Below, one piece after another: positions 51,644 through 64,000 of a DNA stretch of 64,000 nucleotides (positions are counted from its first letter, which is position 1; the number at the start of each line of letters is the position of its first letter). Under the pieces are notes generated by a model, which saw only the letters and a list, made by a program, of their open reading frames with translations, was not told where the DNA came from and did no database searches. The position numbers were made by a program, and so were the translations under genes. The DNA is from Thalassophryne amazonica (Eukaryota). The stretch spans positions 75,469,565-75,533,564 of the forward strand of contig NC_047118.1 in NCBI RefSeq assembly GCF_902500255.1. Direction: 5' to 3'.

Positions 51644-52153
51644 ATATCCTGGTAATGGAGCCATGGTACAGTGTTCATAAAATCTATGATGGCTCCTCAG
51701 GGTTCAGTTTTGGGCCTGTCCCATTTGTTCTTCAGGTGTTGCCACAGGTGGAAATCATACAAACCAACACAGTTTGTTGCCTTAAATGTGTAGACAACAA
51801 AAAAAATTAAGCCACATCAAGAACCCACATGTGAATATTTATTAATTTAGATATCCCCCAAATATCTCCAAATAGAGATAAAAACCAACATTTTTATAAA
51901 GTGTCAGAGTATTAAAAAAATGACAATTCTTTTTTTTTTAAAAATCACAACAAATCATTAGTATCAGCAGGTAATGAATGTAAAACTCACTAAAAGATTA
52001 TGAATGTGGTGAAAATAAAGCCAGCAATTTATTTCAGCTGCTGTTTGCTTCATGTGTTATAAATAACTCATAAAAACCAGCTGTTAACACAGTTATCAGT
52101 ATCACGTCTTCTGTAAAATTCTGCAAATGCTGTCCTCTTTTGCTCTCTTTCAG

Positions 52154-52286
52154 TCCCGAAACAGTCTACAGCAAGGCAACGTGGATGGAGCTCGACGTTT
52201 GGGCCGTAACGCCATGGTGTTGTCCATCGTCTCTATTTTGGGTGGGATCGCCATCATCGTCACGGCCATCGTCCTCAACAAGGGAT
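52154..52286 (+). CDS. Next coding exon of the dispanin-family gene (cytoplasmic loop and second transmembrane helix)
   Basis: Acceptor tctctttcag| at 52152-52153. Encodes [44 protein letters not shown], close to the human PRRT2/TRARG1 segment SRNSLQQG(D/N)VDGA(Q/R)RLGR as I recall it. Consensus donor T|gtaagt at 52287. Confidence 0.65.
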
Positions 52287-54029
52287 GTAAGTCTGATCTC
52301 CCCCTCAAGAAGCTTTTTGCAAATTATGGTAGAAATATTTTCACCGATACGTTTACATCTCCTGGACTTCATGATGTTTAGCCACTATGACAAAACATCA
52401 TAAAAGCAAACACGAACTCTCTGATCTGTATGACTGAGAATCTTTATCAACAGAAATATTTTTGAAAATTTTCTGTCCATTAATATGAGATTGATCTGAT
52501 GAGATTTAAACAGTGGAAATCGGGTCTGTGTCTGTTTGTCTCCTCAGTTATCTTAAAGTCCTGATATGGTTCCTCGCCTGGTGACACAAACTTCACGCAG
52601 TCTGACCGACACGACACCGTTCTCTCCTGAAGCACTGTCATCTTCAAGCGCCTGCACCAGATGAAAAAAAAAAAGTAAAAATCTGATCCTGTTCTTTGCT
52701 GTTGATCCTTGTTGCACGAGCATGGTCCACCCTCAACTTCTGACAAGACACGCCCACTTCTGTCACAGACGCCTGATTTGGATATCAAAGGAGAAATGGG
52801 TGGAGTATCGACCTTCACACAGACACAAACCAATGTAGGAACCACTTTGCTTGGAACTTTATGGCTCCTGGTTGCATTTGCACCAAATTTCAACCTTCAT
52901 ATGACAATTCACCAATCAGCACTGCTGTGATATATTTTTTTTTATCATTATTACTTCTCAGCACCACTTTGTGTTGTGCAACATTCCAACAAAATCTTTC
53001 AAGTTTCATTTTTCCTTTTTTCCACCCCATTCTTGATCTCTTCTGCAAAAACTGAAGGGCTTGCACCTCACTGGTCTTCAGGCTTGTTTGCATTTTCTAT
53101 GACAGATTTTGTTCCTGGTTGTGGATCTCCGCCTAGGGAAGGTTCTTCCTCGTACCACTGAAGACTACCTTCCCATGAGTGGGCACTAGGAACTCAAGTG
53201 GTTCCTGGTTCTTTAGTGGAGAAAACAACAGTCCTGAAAATGTTCCTTGCTGTTGAAGCAGTTCCTAAAGCAATCCTTGCTTCAAAGTTGCTGTTGTCAT
53301 GGAAACCAACATCTGGGATGATGAGTCAAATATCTCCAAGCCACTGAAGCAGTAACAGGAGCAGAAGAATGATGCTGAAAACAGCAACTCCACATTCAAA
53401 AGCCAAACCTGAAGAACCAACAAACAACAAAGACTTTACACTGAATGCAGGACAGCAAACATAAAGAGTGACGTGTTGATTTTTCATTATTCATGTGTTT
53501 CCGGGTGATAACACACAGTAAGGTGGCCCATTGGTGCAACTCAACTACCCTTCTGAAAATTCAGCAGCAAAACTGTAAACATAACATTTCACATAACAAC
53601 GGTTGAAGAAGGATTTTTTTAAAAACATTCAAAACACACACACACAAAAAGATATGTAAAAAAAAAAAAAAAAAAAAGGGATGTAAAATTTCCGAATACA
53701 CGAATATATTTTGGAAAACAACAACAAACAGATGTTTCACTCCAGCTACAGATGAAAAATGTTGAGATGAAATGCTCAAAATATGAATTGACATTATTAA
53801 TATAAAAAAACTCTTTCATACATTTTGCTCATATTCTCCATTTCTGTTTTGTTTTCTGAAATCCTGCTGTGGTTTTGTGTTTTGCACCTCAGGGCTGCCA
53901 AACCCTGCTGCACTGCAGTCAGAAGAGAAAGGAGATATGATAGAGATGAACAAAGATAGAGAGTCGCACGTGTCTGTGGGCATCACGTGGTTCTTCGCAG
54001 TTGTCTGAATGTCTAAGTGCAGCTTTTTG

Positions 54030-54725
54030 TACCACAGTTCGTCTGTTTGTAACATATTTCATTACCGTCAGGTGCAGCATTTTCCACTTAATGGGCCGCT
54101 TTAATGTTGGGGGGGGTTTTTTACTTTTCATTTTGTTTTTGTGATTATGTTTACCACAAACCTTTGTTCACCATGAAGATTCAAAATTGGCTTAATTCAT
54201 TCAGTGTCAAATTTAGTTACTGACTAGTCGACTAATGATTTTCATTAGTTGTCCCAACCCTAGTACATATTATTTTCATGGATTAAAGCAAGAGAAAATC
54301 TTCTCACTGAACTCCAAATCATAAGCTCATCCAAGGATTTAAGGAAAAACAAAGTGGAGACAGCTAAGAAAACAATCACAATCAACATACATTTTTTAAA
54401 ATAAAAAAGATTTGATACAAGCTGTGTTTCTTTTTCCTGGTCAAAAAAGGATGAGCAGAATATTTAAAAAATGGTTTGATATCTTCATATTTAGAATAGG
54501 CTAATAAAAAAATAAAATCACAGGCAAACAGAAAAAAATTAAAATGACCTGTTTTCTCTTATTCCTGACATCTAAAAAAACAGAGTTTGTCTGTTTCTAA
54601 CATGTTTAATTACCGTCTTCACCCACAGCAGGTGCGTCATTTTCCACTTAATGGGCTGCTTTAATGTTGTTGGGTTTTTTTTTACTTTTCATTTTGTTTT
54701 GTGATTATGTTTACCACAAACCTTC
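54030..54725 (+). repeat. Local direct duplication: ~140-bp units at 54030-54170 and 54585-54725
   Basis: Shared string ..ttaccgtc..gcattttccacttaatgggc.gctttaatgttg..ttttacttttcattttgtttt.gtgattatgtttaccacaaacc. Confidence 0.6.
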
Positions 54726-56133
54726 ACTGACACAAAAATGGCAAATGCATGCATCAAAAGACTCTTCCAGTTTAGGATTGTGATCTGGATTGTAAGCGTG
54801 TTACAATACATTAGCTCCACGATATGACACGTATCACGATACACCAATCACAATTTGTTACATATCACAATATACAATTACATCACTGTTCCCTAACCAG
54901 TTATGTAGAAAGTAATCTATGGTGAATGTTTTAACTATAAAGAAACAAATTATTCTAAAGTATAAATTGTAACCTTTGATGTTATCTGTTTCCTATTTGT
55001 ATATTTTATAAGTCATTCATGATTCTTCTGCAAAAAGTCATTATTTGTTCTGACTTTTCATATTGTCACAATACTGATTTAAAAAAAAAAAGATTTGATG
55101 CAGGCTTCACGACACAGTTATCAATTCACAATGCATCGACACACCACTTGTTTTGTGGGATCTCCTGTCGGGGGGGTCCACAGCGTGCCAAACACGAGAA
55201 CTTCCACCTCACATCTGTTCATATGGTAAAAATACATGCACACTATATTTTATAGATGATATAAAATATATGTGTTTGTGGTCATGTGGGTTTGGTGAAC
55301 TTTGACCTGCTTTTCTGCTCCATGGACAATGTGTAACCCATGCATGTTTAGAGTATTTATTACAGTTACGCTTTTACATTTGAATGTACAAACATCATTT
55401 TGTAAATAGATATATACGATAAACTGTGTGTTCAGTGAAAACGCCTCTTTTTCCTCACCAAGTTGCCATGGCAACAAACGCACAATGAACTTGTTGTCAA
55501 AGATGCACACGTGTCACCTGTGAACTCTGCTGTGCACCAATCAGATGGCGCCTATGGGAGGTACGGTGAAGTCGAGCCAAGGTGGAGGGGAGGTTCTTAA
55601 AAGGTCGCCTCCGCCCACTCAGGCCTTCACTCCGCCCACTCCTGTATGTAGCATGCCTGTTTATTTATGACATTATGCAAAAATGGTCCCAGCTTGATGT
55701 CAGAGTTTATCCTAGCTTTTCAGATCTTGCTCTGATTGTTTATTTGTACACTGTTTTGTACAGGAAGTGTTTGCGCTACCTCTTGGAGTTGCCTGGAGTG
55801 TTTTTGCAAATGCACATCTATGGGATTAGATTTCTGTCCAACATATTGAACTAAATTCTTTAGACTCATTGAAACAATAAAATTTAATGAGTCAAATAAA
55901 TTAGAAATAGTGATAACATTTACAGCAAGGGCGGAGCACTCGATAAATTAAAAGGCAAAAACCGCTCCTTCTCACAAATAAAAAAAAACTGATGAGATGT
56001 TCTGACTTCGCCCCTTTTCTCAGATCTTTGCCCAGATGTGATCATTTCTCTTACAACTTTGACCTTAAATGTTCAATGTGATTTGTGATCGTTAGTTCAT
56101 CACTAACAGACACTTGGGACAACTAATCATGAA

Positions 56134-56383
56134 GGGAAGGTGATGATCTAGTGGTTAAACATCGGGCTTGAGACCAGAGGATCCTTGGTTCAAATCCCAG
56201 CCTGAACGGAAAATCACTAAGGGCTCTTGGGCAAGGTCCTTAATCCCCCAGTTGCTCTCGGTGTGTAGTGTGCGCCTTGTATGGCAGCAGCCTGACATTG
56301 GGGTGAATGTGAGGCATTGATGTGTAAAGCGCTTTAAGCATCTGATGCAGAAGGAAAAGCGCTTTATAAATACAGTCCATTGA
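56134..56383 (+). mobile_element. tRNA-derived SINE (family B), copy 2
   Basis: See 9988-10263. Confidence 0.6.
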
Positions 56384-56780
56384 TGAAGTTTGGAAAAACA
56401 TAGCAAAAAAAAGTTTACTTCAACATTTAGAAAGCAAAATTAAAAACAAATTTATATGGTATTTGTTCTGACAAACCCACTCATTTGAACAGCCAGTGAT
56501 TAAAAACAGTTTTGACATTTCAATCACCGAGATATCGCCGCTCGAACTGTTAATATGCCCCAAGGACTGGGTTTGTGTTTTTCTTCAACTTCATAACATG
56601 GGCATGCAGTGCATTATGGGAGGCTCACTTTCAGCAGATGTGATTTCAAAAATGATTCCGTGGCTGAGCCTTCGGGTAGAATCAAAGAATTAGTGTCCCA
56701 TTAGTGTCTCCCTTCTTACAGGCAAATGCCCAAATTACAACTTTACCCTGACCTATCAGGCCTATCACAGACCAGACAAT

Positions 56781-57834
56781 ACACGGTAAAGTTTGCAGAG
56801 TAAAACTGACTCTGCTGGGATAACATTTGATCCAAGTCCAAATAGAGTTAAATATACTCTATCACGGTGCAAAATCAACTCTATCACAGTGCAAAATCAA
56901 CTCTATCACAATGCAAAATCAACTGTATCACAGTGCAGAATCAACTCTATCACAGTGTAAAATCAACTCTATTACAGTGTAAAATCTACTCTGTTACAGT
57001 GCAAAATCAACTCTATCACAGTGCAAAATCAACTCTATCACAGTGCAGAATCAACTCTATCACAGTGCAGAATCAACTCTATCACAGTGTAAAATCAACT
57101 CTATCACAGTGCAAAATCATCTCTATCACAGTGCAGAATCAGCTCTATCACAGTGTAACAGCAAGTCTATCACAGTGCAAAATCAACCCTATCACAGTGC
57201 AAAATCAACTCTATCACAGTGCAGAATCAACTCTATCACAGTGCAAAATCAACTCTATCACAGTGTAACATCAACTCTATCACAGTGCAGAATCAACTCT
57301 ATCACAGTGTAAAATCAACTCTATCACAGTGCAAAATCATCTCTATCACAGTGCAAAATCATCTCTATCACAGTGCAGAATCAGCTCTATCACAGTGTAA
57401 CAGCAAGTCTATCACAGTGCAAAATCAACCCTATCACAGTGCAGAATCAACTCTATCACAGTGTAAAATCAACTCTATCACAGTGCAAAATCATCTCTAT
57501 CACAGTGCAGAATCAACTCTATCACAGTGCAAAATCAGCTCTATCACAGTGTAACAGCAAGTCTATCACAGTGCAAAATCAACCCTATCACAGTGCAAAA
57601 TCAACTCTATCACAGCGTAAAATCAACTCTATCACAGTGCAAAATCACCTCTATCACAGTGCAAAATCAACTCTGTTACAGTGTAAAATCAACTCTTATT
57701 GGTGTAGAAGCACTTGATTTGACCAGACTATAGAGCTGATTTCACTCTATAATAGAGTGTATTTTACTCTATTTAGTCTGGGACCAAATATTATCCCGGC
57801 AGAGTCAATTTTACTCAGCAAAATTTACTGTGTA
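56781..57834. mobile_element. MITE-like element with ~100-bp terminal inverted repeats enclosing a 22-bp minisatellite
   Basis: Left end acacggtaaagtttgcagagtaaaactgactctgctgggataacatttgatccaagtccaaatagagttaaatatactctat matches the reverse complement of the right end 57745-57834. Confidence 0.65.
56867..57697. repeat. Minisatellite with a 22-bp unit (ctctatcacagtgcaaaatcaa), about 38 copies
   Basis: Visible periodicity. Overlapping ORFs 56867-57733 with 22-aa periodic translations are artefacts. Confidence 0.9.
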
Positions 57835-58774
57835 GCTCCGTCCCCCTGCAGTGGTGATTATCAGTTAACACCCGTAGTGACATTTGTTCTGACAAGGTGT
57901 CGATGATTGACACCTTTAAATATGAATGTGCTGTAGGGAAACCACCTTACATTTACTTTAAGCTCTTTGGCACAAATCTAACTCCATATTTGCTACTTAT
58001 TTTTCACCTTTGGTGATTTGACTGTTAGACTCTCTGTGTTATTGATTGCATTTTGGTTCTGTTGTGGTTCTGAGCTTTAGGACGTCCTGTCATCAAATCA
58101 GTTTTCTCTGGAGTTTGCTTCCTTTGTCATGTCAAAGCTCATTTTAAAACACTTTTTTGGATTCAACTAACTGCTATAAAATCTGTCTCCTTCATGGTAT
58201 TTTTCTTCTCGATCACTTGTGTATCACCTGATGAGCAGTTCCTGTATTGTTCTATTTCCATTTTTATTCTCTTTTCTATAACCCCAAATCAGAAAAACAT
58301 GAGAAAGAAGAAAAAACAGCAACAAAACAGCAGTGAGTCTTACATTTACTTTGCCTCCTATTTTATTCCTGTATGACATCAATATATTTCAAGTTTTCTG
58401 TGGTCAGCTTCATTTCCTTTGTTAATATACATCCATTCCTGCATTTCAAGCCATTTAAAAAAAAAAGTTGGGACATGACAGCACTTATCACTTTGTAATG
58501 GTACCACTCCATCTCACAACACTTAAAAGACATTTTGGTACTGAGGATACCAAAAAAATAAAATAAATTAAAATAAAATAAAGTGTTTCAGATGCTTTTG
58601 ATCGATAGGTTACGTTTTTGTTTGTTTGTCCCCATTCTTCCTGCAAACAGATCTTTGTCATCTTTACATTTTTTTGTGTTTGAAAATTCCCCGCACATTC
58701 TCTATTGGGGACATGTCAGGACTGCAGACAGGCCAATCCAGTACCCAGACCCTCTTCTTCAGTATTTTTAATGT

Positions 58775-58806
<32 letters not shown>
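58775..58806. repeat. (CT)n microsatellite
   Basis: Seen directly. Confidence 0.95.
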
Positions 58807-58809
<3 letters not shown>

Positions 58810-58870
58810 ACCTTGCAGAGGTTAAGCGATCATGAAACTCCAGAGATTTCTGTCCTTTATCATTTTTGGC

Positions 58871-59050
58871 AGTACAGTGGTTAAGTGGTTAGCACTGTTG
58901 CCTCACAGCAAGAAAGTCATGGCTTCGATTCCTATCTGTGGCTTTTCTGTGTGGAGTTTGCATGTTCTCCCCATGTTTGCGTGGGTTTCCTCTGGGTGCT
59001 CTGGTTTCCTCCCACATTTAAAGACATGCAGGTTAGGTGATTTGTAAACT
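58871..59050 (+). mobile_element. tRNA-derived SINE (family A), 3'-truncated
   Basis: Head cagtggttaagtggttagcactgttgcctcacagcaagaaagtcatggcttcgattcc plus the conserved core ..tgtggagtttgcatgttctccccatgtttgcgtgggtttcctctgggtgctc. Confidence 0.55.
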
Positions 59051-59059
59051 TTATAGTTG

Positions 59060-59760
59060 TCCAGGTCTCCCTTGCAAAAGAGGCTATGATCTCAATGGGA
59101 CTAACCTGGTTAAATTTAATTTTTACTACACCGATATCTCTTGCATCCATCTTCAGTTTCCTTGCCAGATGTTCTTCCTTCCATTTCCTGAGGCGTGTGA
59201 CATTTTTCAGCCTTTGTCTTTCTCGGCACTGTTCCACTTCAATGCATCTCCTCAGTATTTGCTCCTCCAGGCTTTACTTTTTGATCACGCTTATTAGAAA
59301 TAAGCGTGATCAAAACAGATCTGTCATCTCCTTATTGTACAACCAGTGTCCGGTTTGTTCCCAATCTTTTCAGCACCTCTGCATGATGCACACAATCAGT
59401 CCATGATATTCTCAGCATTCTTCTGTAGAGTTGCATTTCAGCAGCAACCAGAGATTCTGTCTTCTTATAGTTGATGGTAACCCTGTCTTCCTACTCTCTT
59501 CTACCATTGTCAAGTACAACTTGGAGATCTTCCTGAGACTCATCCATGAACATTGTCAACTGCATACCATGATGATATTCCAGCCCCCAGAAATGAATCC
59601 CTTAGTACAGGCCTTGACAAACGCCTCTCTATTTTGATGAAGTTGCCCATTTCCTTGTCAATCCGTATACATGTTGTTGGATCCCAGTACAGGTTACAGA
59701 TGATGTGGATGTCCTTTCCTTATAGACCTGAATTCACACGTATCCTGTAATGTGTTCAGA
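59060..59760 (-). mobile_element. Degenerate LINE ORF2 C-terminal fragment
   Basis: Minus-strand translation contains VVLDNGRREEDRVTINYKKTESLVAAEMQLYRRMLRISW, the conserved LINE tail pattern (K.INY.KT., LRRMLRISW). Confidence 0.4.
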
Positions 59761-61035
59761 ATGTGGTTTGCATCATGTTGTTGAAAAATGGATGGACATT
59801 ACTGGAAAAGATATTATCTTTAAGGCAGCATATGTTTCTCTAAAATCTCAATGCACTTTCCTGCATTAATGCTGCCATCACAGAAGTGTAGGTTACCTTT
59901 GCCAAGGGCACTGACTCCCATACCATGACAGATCCTGACTGAGACATCAACACTGCTTCTGGGCTAAGGCTTCTTTTTTCCATGGTAAGGCTTCTTTTTT
60001 CCATGGTAAACATTTAAGTGGTATTTGTGAATTGTAGTGCTCGGCAAAGTGTTCCCAAAATAATCCCTTGCCAACGTGGTTATATCAGCTATTGATGAAT
60101 GACTGTACTTGATGCAGTGCCATCTGAGGAATCAGAAATCATGGGTGTTCAGCTTTGGCTTGCTCCCTTGTCCCTTACACAATGCAGTTCCTCCAGATTC
60201 CTTTCATCATTGATATTATGTACTGTAGAGGGACAAATACACAAACCCCTTCCAATATTTCTTTCAGGAACATTGTTTTTAATCATTTAAATAATTTTCT
60301 CCTACATTCTCTGCTCATATTGGCTTCTCAAAGACTCAGCCTTTTGTGGATGCCGCTTTTGCACCAAATCATTATTACAATCATCTGTTGATGTATTATT
60401 AGTTAATGATTTTTTTTTTTTTATCTCATTGCTAGCCCTACCTTGCTCCCATCACAACTTTTTTAGAATGTGTTTCAGGCCTTAATTGCAGGAATGGGTG
60501 TATGTTAACAAATGAAATTACGTTGACCGAACAAAACATGATTTATCATTGGTTCATACTGTCTGCAATGAAATGGAATTCAAAATAACTGTTAGAATCT
60601 TTGTTTTTTTTGTTTTTTTTGTTTTTGTTTTTCCTTCTTTTTTTATTTTCCATATGTCCAACATTTTCTGATTTGGAGTTGTAGTTGCAGTGATCTGTTT
60701 GAAATGCTCTCTGTATGATGCTTGCTTTGTTTTTAAACCAGTCAGCAGGTGGTGCTGTAAGCATGAATCCACAGACTGTCAGATGACGTCATTATATGGT
60801 TGAGTTATTAATATTATCTTCTGACACTGGACTTGTTTTGTGCCTGTGCATGCCTTAAACCAACTGCTTTATGAAGCCTTTGGTGTCAACACAAATCATG
60901 TACTAGAGACACTGCTGATGTTGACTATTTGATCCTGTTTGAAAGGAATAAATCTCAGTTATAAAATCCCTGATCCGCTTTACAGCCTCATCAATACATA
61001 TCAGGTGACGTCACACTGATTGTTCAGAAGTCCAA

Positions 61036-61225
61036 CCCTTTTTGTGTGGAGTTTGAAAGTTCTCCCAGTGTTTGCATGGGTTCCCTCTGGGTAGTCCGGC
61101 TTCTTCTCGCTTCCAAAGACACGCAGATTTGGTGAATTGGTGACTGTAAATTGATCGTAGGTGTGAATGATCCTGTTGATACTGAATATTGTTGTTCCTG
61201 TGATAGACTGGCTGTCTTGGGTCAC
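61036..61225 (+). mobile_element. tRNA-derived SINE (family A), 5'-truncated
   Basis: Core gtggagtttg.a.gttctcccagtgtttgcatgggttccctctgggtagtccggcttc and tail cctgtgatagactggctgtcttgggtcacgggtgtag. Confidence 0.45.
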
Positions 61226-62235
61226 GGGTGTAGTGTTTTATTCTGGTCTGTTTGATTTTGTGAGATTCCTATGTACTTGGTTCTCTTCATGGTCTCTTTC
61301 CCACGACATCCCTTCTGTGTTCTCCTCGTTGCAGGTTCAGGGGTCTCTGCACTTCCGTGTATAACTGTTTACTGGCTTTTATAATTGCAGTCAGAGCGTT
61401 TCCTTGTTGCCAGTTGACTGTCTGGTGTTTTGCATTATTTCCTGCTATTGGCCTTCATGTTTTTGGCCCACACTGGCTCTACATGTTTGCCGATGATTTC
61501 TACCTGCCATTCTTGGTTTTCGTAGACTGTTATGCTTGCCAACTATGTTCTGAACCTCTGTTTGTGTTTTTTGAGTAATCTTCTACTGCTCCCTCTCAGA
61601 ACACTGTCAACGATTGACAGTGGTTATGACTGTCGCCGGTCTACGTGACCAAGATTACTGTGTACAGTATCGTAGACTACTGAACTCTTTGTTGGGGCTG
61701 TGATGCTATTAACTGCTGCAATAAAGTCAGCTTTTACTCACCTAATTGGTGATTCTCTGCGCTGGGGTCCTCTGTCAGAGTTTTTACAGTACAAGCTGTC
61801 ATGAACTATGTTATGTCTTGTTATCTGTCATGTTTAGTTTAGGTCTTCGTAACGCCCAGGGATCCCCCAGTCAGAGGTGGTCAATGGGGCACGGGAAAGG
61901 GAAGTCTGGGATCCCCTGTTGGAGCTGTTGTCCCCGCACCCCGAGCCCAGAGAAGCGGTTGAATATGAGTGATGAGTGAGTGTTTACTTAGTTTAGATTT
62001 TGGATTATATTGTCTATGTGACTTCTCTGGCTGGGTGTTTCCTGCTTGGGCTTTATCTGTCCCTGTTTTCTCTTGTCTGCCTCTCTTGGAACTTGGTGGG
62101 GGGCATGACACTCTGTTTGGGCCACACCCTGTTCTGGATGTTTCTCCGGAGAATCTTGAAGGCAGCATATGTGTCTCCGGAGAATCCGTAGATGCAAAGC
62201 CTTTCCTCACACAGTGTGACCTTCACTTTTAGTAA

Positions 62236-64000
62236 ATGTCAGCAATATTTCCATCCGATAGGATGAAGATAGCATTCATTATAACTCACCTGACCGGCCG
62301 GCAGCAGCGTGGGCTTCGGCAGAGTGGAGCAGGCAGTCCCCAGCATGTGACTCTCTCCAGGCATTCAAGACCGCACTCCTCCAAGTTTTCCAGCATACAT
62401 CACTGGGCCATGAGGCACCCTGTTCCCTGATGTGGCTTCGACAAGGAAGTGAAGGAAGATTATGCCATCGACTTCCACATCCTGGCGGCTAAGAGCGGGT
62501 GGAACCCGGCAGCACTCCATGATGTGTTTTTCCAAGGCCTTTTGACGCAGATTCAGGATCACCTTATCGCAATCAATCTCCCGGGGCAGCTGGATGAGCC
62601 CATAGCACTAGCTATCTGCACTGACCACCAGCTGGCGGACTGGCCTCGATGAGATGTGCGCCTCCCAGCCCAGCACTCAGAGACGCCTCCTGCTCATCAC
62701 ACTGGTTCCTCCTCCTCCAGCTCTGGCTCTTCTCATCCGTCTGCAGAGGAACCATGCAGCTGTGTCGAACCTGGCTGACCTCCAAGGAGTAGCAGCACTG
62801 AAAAGACCAGAGTCTGTGCTTCTATTGTGGACAAACTGGGCATGTGGTGCCAAGCCAGGGGTGCCTCCATGTGATCACAACAGGTACGACGGGTGAGTCC
62901 AAATTCCATTTCTTCAGTTATTCCCCAAAATGTGATCACGGCCAGCTTTATCGCTGATCATTTGACATTCTACGTGATTTCCTGAATAAGTTCATGTTTG
63001 TGTACTTAGACGACATTCTGATCTTTTCCCCAGATGAAGGTACTCACTCCTGACATGTGTATCTAGTACTCAAGACTTTATTGCACAACTGTTTATTTGT
63101 CAAAGCAGAGAAATGTGAATTTCATAAATCCACTGTATCATTTTTGGGATTCGTTATTGCACCAGGAACAATCCAGATGGACGCAGAGAAGGTTGCTGCA
63201 GTGCGTGATTGGGCAACCCCAAAAGACCGCAGGGAGGTCCAAAGGTTCCTGGGCTTTGCCAACTTTTACCGTAAGTTCATTCGAAATTTCAGTTCTGTGG
63301 CAGCTCCTCTGCATAATGTTACCTCATCCCTCCAGACCTTTCACTGGAGTGTGATGAGGCATTTCGGGTCCTAAAGAAATGCTTCACAGCGGCCCCCGTA
63401 CTACTCCTCCCTGACCCCGCCCAACAGTTCGAGGTCAAAATGAATGCTTCCAACGTGGAGGTCGGAGCTGTTTTGTCCCAAATTAATCCTGTTGATAAGA
63501 AGTTACATCCCTGTGGTTTTTTTGTCCAAAAAATTAACTCCAGCGGAACATAATTACCACATCAGCGACCGAGAACTGTTGGCGGTCAAAGTGGCCTTGG
63601 AGGATTGGTGCCACTAGCTGGAAGGGGCACAAGTACCATTTTTAGTGTGGACCGATCATAAGAATCTCAAATACCTGCGCTCAGCTAAACGACTCAATTC
63701 CAGGTAAGCTTAGTGGTCAATTTTTTTTAGTTGTTTTAACTTTGTATTATCATACTGGCCTAGTTCTAAAAACAGCAAACCCGATGCCCTCTCCCAACGG
63801 GAAGACCAGTCGGAAGAACAGTCAGCACCTGCTACCATCTTGCCCGCATCCTGCTTCCTCTCCGCATTCACATGGGATATTGAGACCAGAGTCCAGTCCA
63901 CGGTGCGCAACGTTCCCGTACCTCAGGGTTGCCCTCCAGGGAAGCTGTTTGTGCCAGATGCACTACGCGGGGAGGTAATTTGTTGGGCTCATAACAGTCA
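62236..64000 (+). pseudogene. Ty3/Gypsy-type LTR-retrotransposon gag-pol fragment (gag, RT, RNase H), degenerate with protease deleted; runs off the window end
   Basis: Gag fragment ..FHILAAKSGWNPAALHDVFFQGLLTQIQDHL. RT motif [10 protein letters not shown], then ..[37 protein letters not shown]. RNase H region ..[25 protein letters not shown], i.e. the frame-disrupted version of ..[19 protein letters not shown]. Ends ..KPDALSQ. Confidence 0.6.

Noticed and set aside
56867-57733. Five overlapping ORFs with a 22-aa repeating peptide (MQNQLYHSAKSTLSQCKINSITV..)
   Set aside because: They are produced by a 22-bp tandem repeat read through three frames (period 66 nt) with no start or stop context. 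This is minisatellite sequence.
1-64000. CRISPR arrays, operons, rRNA genes
   Set aside because: None seen. The periodic arrays present are eukaryotic minisatellites and microsatellites without spacer structure, and the sequence has vertebrate TE content throughout.

Overview
This window looks like vertebrate, almost certainly teleost-fish, nuclear DNA. It is AT-rich and packed with microsatellites and interspersed repeats; I see no prokaryotic operons, CRISPR arrays or rRNA genes. Roughly two thirds of it is recognisable transposable-element sequence, much of it nested. The main elements are: (i) an LTR (Ty3/Gypsy-type) retrotransposon at 16341-23038 with matching LTRs and a frame-broken gag-pol, interrupted by a Tc1 transposon (20751-22208) and a tRNA-like/SINE insert; (ii) a Tc1-family element at 38131-44474 split by a 4.75-kb L1-type LINE (38860-43613) that carries a 15-bp target-site duplication and a poly-A tail; (iii) an L2-type LINE on the minus strand at 31463-34020 with a long reverse-transcriptase ORF, plus several LINE 3' tails; (iv) two internally deleted Tc1 elements with about 300-bp terminal inverted repeats; (v) hAT elements, one with an 8-bp TSD inserted into a Tc1 fragment; (vi) three copies of an unusual 0.8-1.3 kb near-perfect palindromic (hairpin/foldback) element within 28 kb; (vii) a MITE-like element whose interior is a 22-bp minisatellite; and (viii) tRNA-derived SINEs of at least two families. 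Two candidate host genes can be read. On the plus strand there is a CD225/dispanin-family gene (PRRT2/TRARG1/TMEM233-like) with exons at 48660-48932 and 52154-52286, plus a possible upstream exon at 44722-44959. Its introns hold a LINE and one hairpin copy. On the minus strand there is a gene whose first coding exon (7114-7306) encodes an N-terminal domain I recognise as typical of teleost-specific gene families such as the fish ZNF genes; an in-frame Ser/Pro-rich exon follows at 4411-5031. All coordinates are approximate to a few bp at repeat boundaries. Family assignments come from recalled motif and consensus similarity, not from searches.
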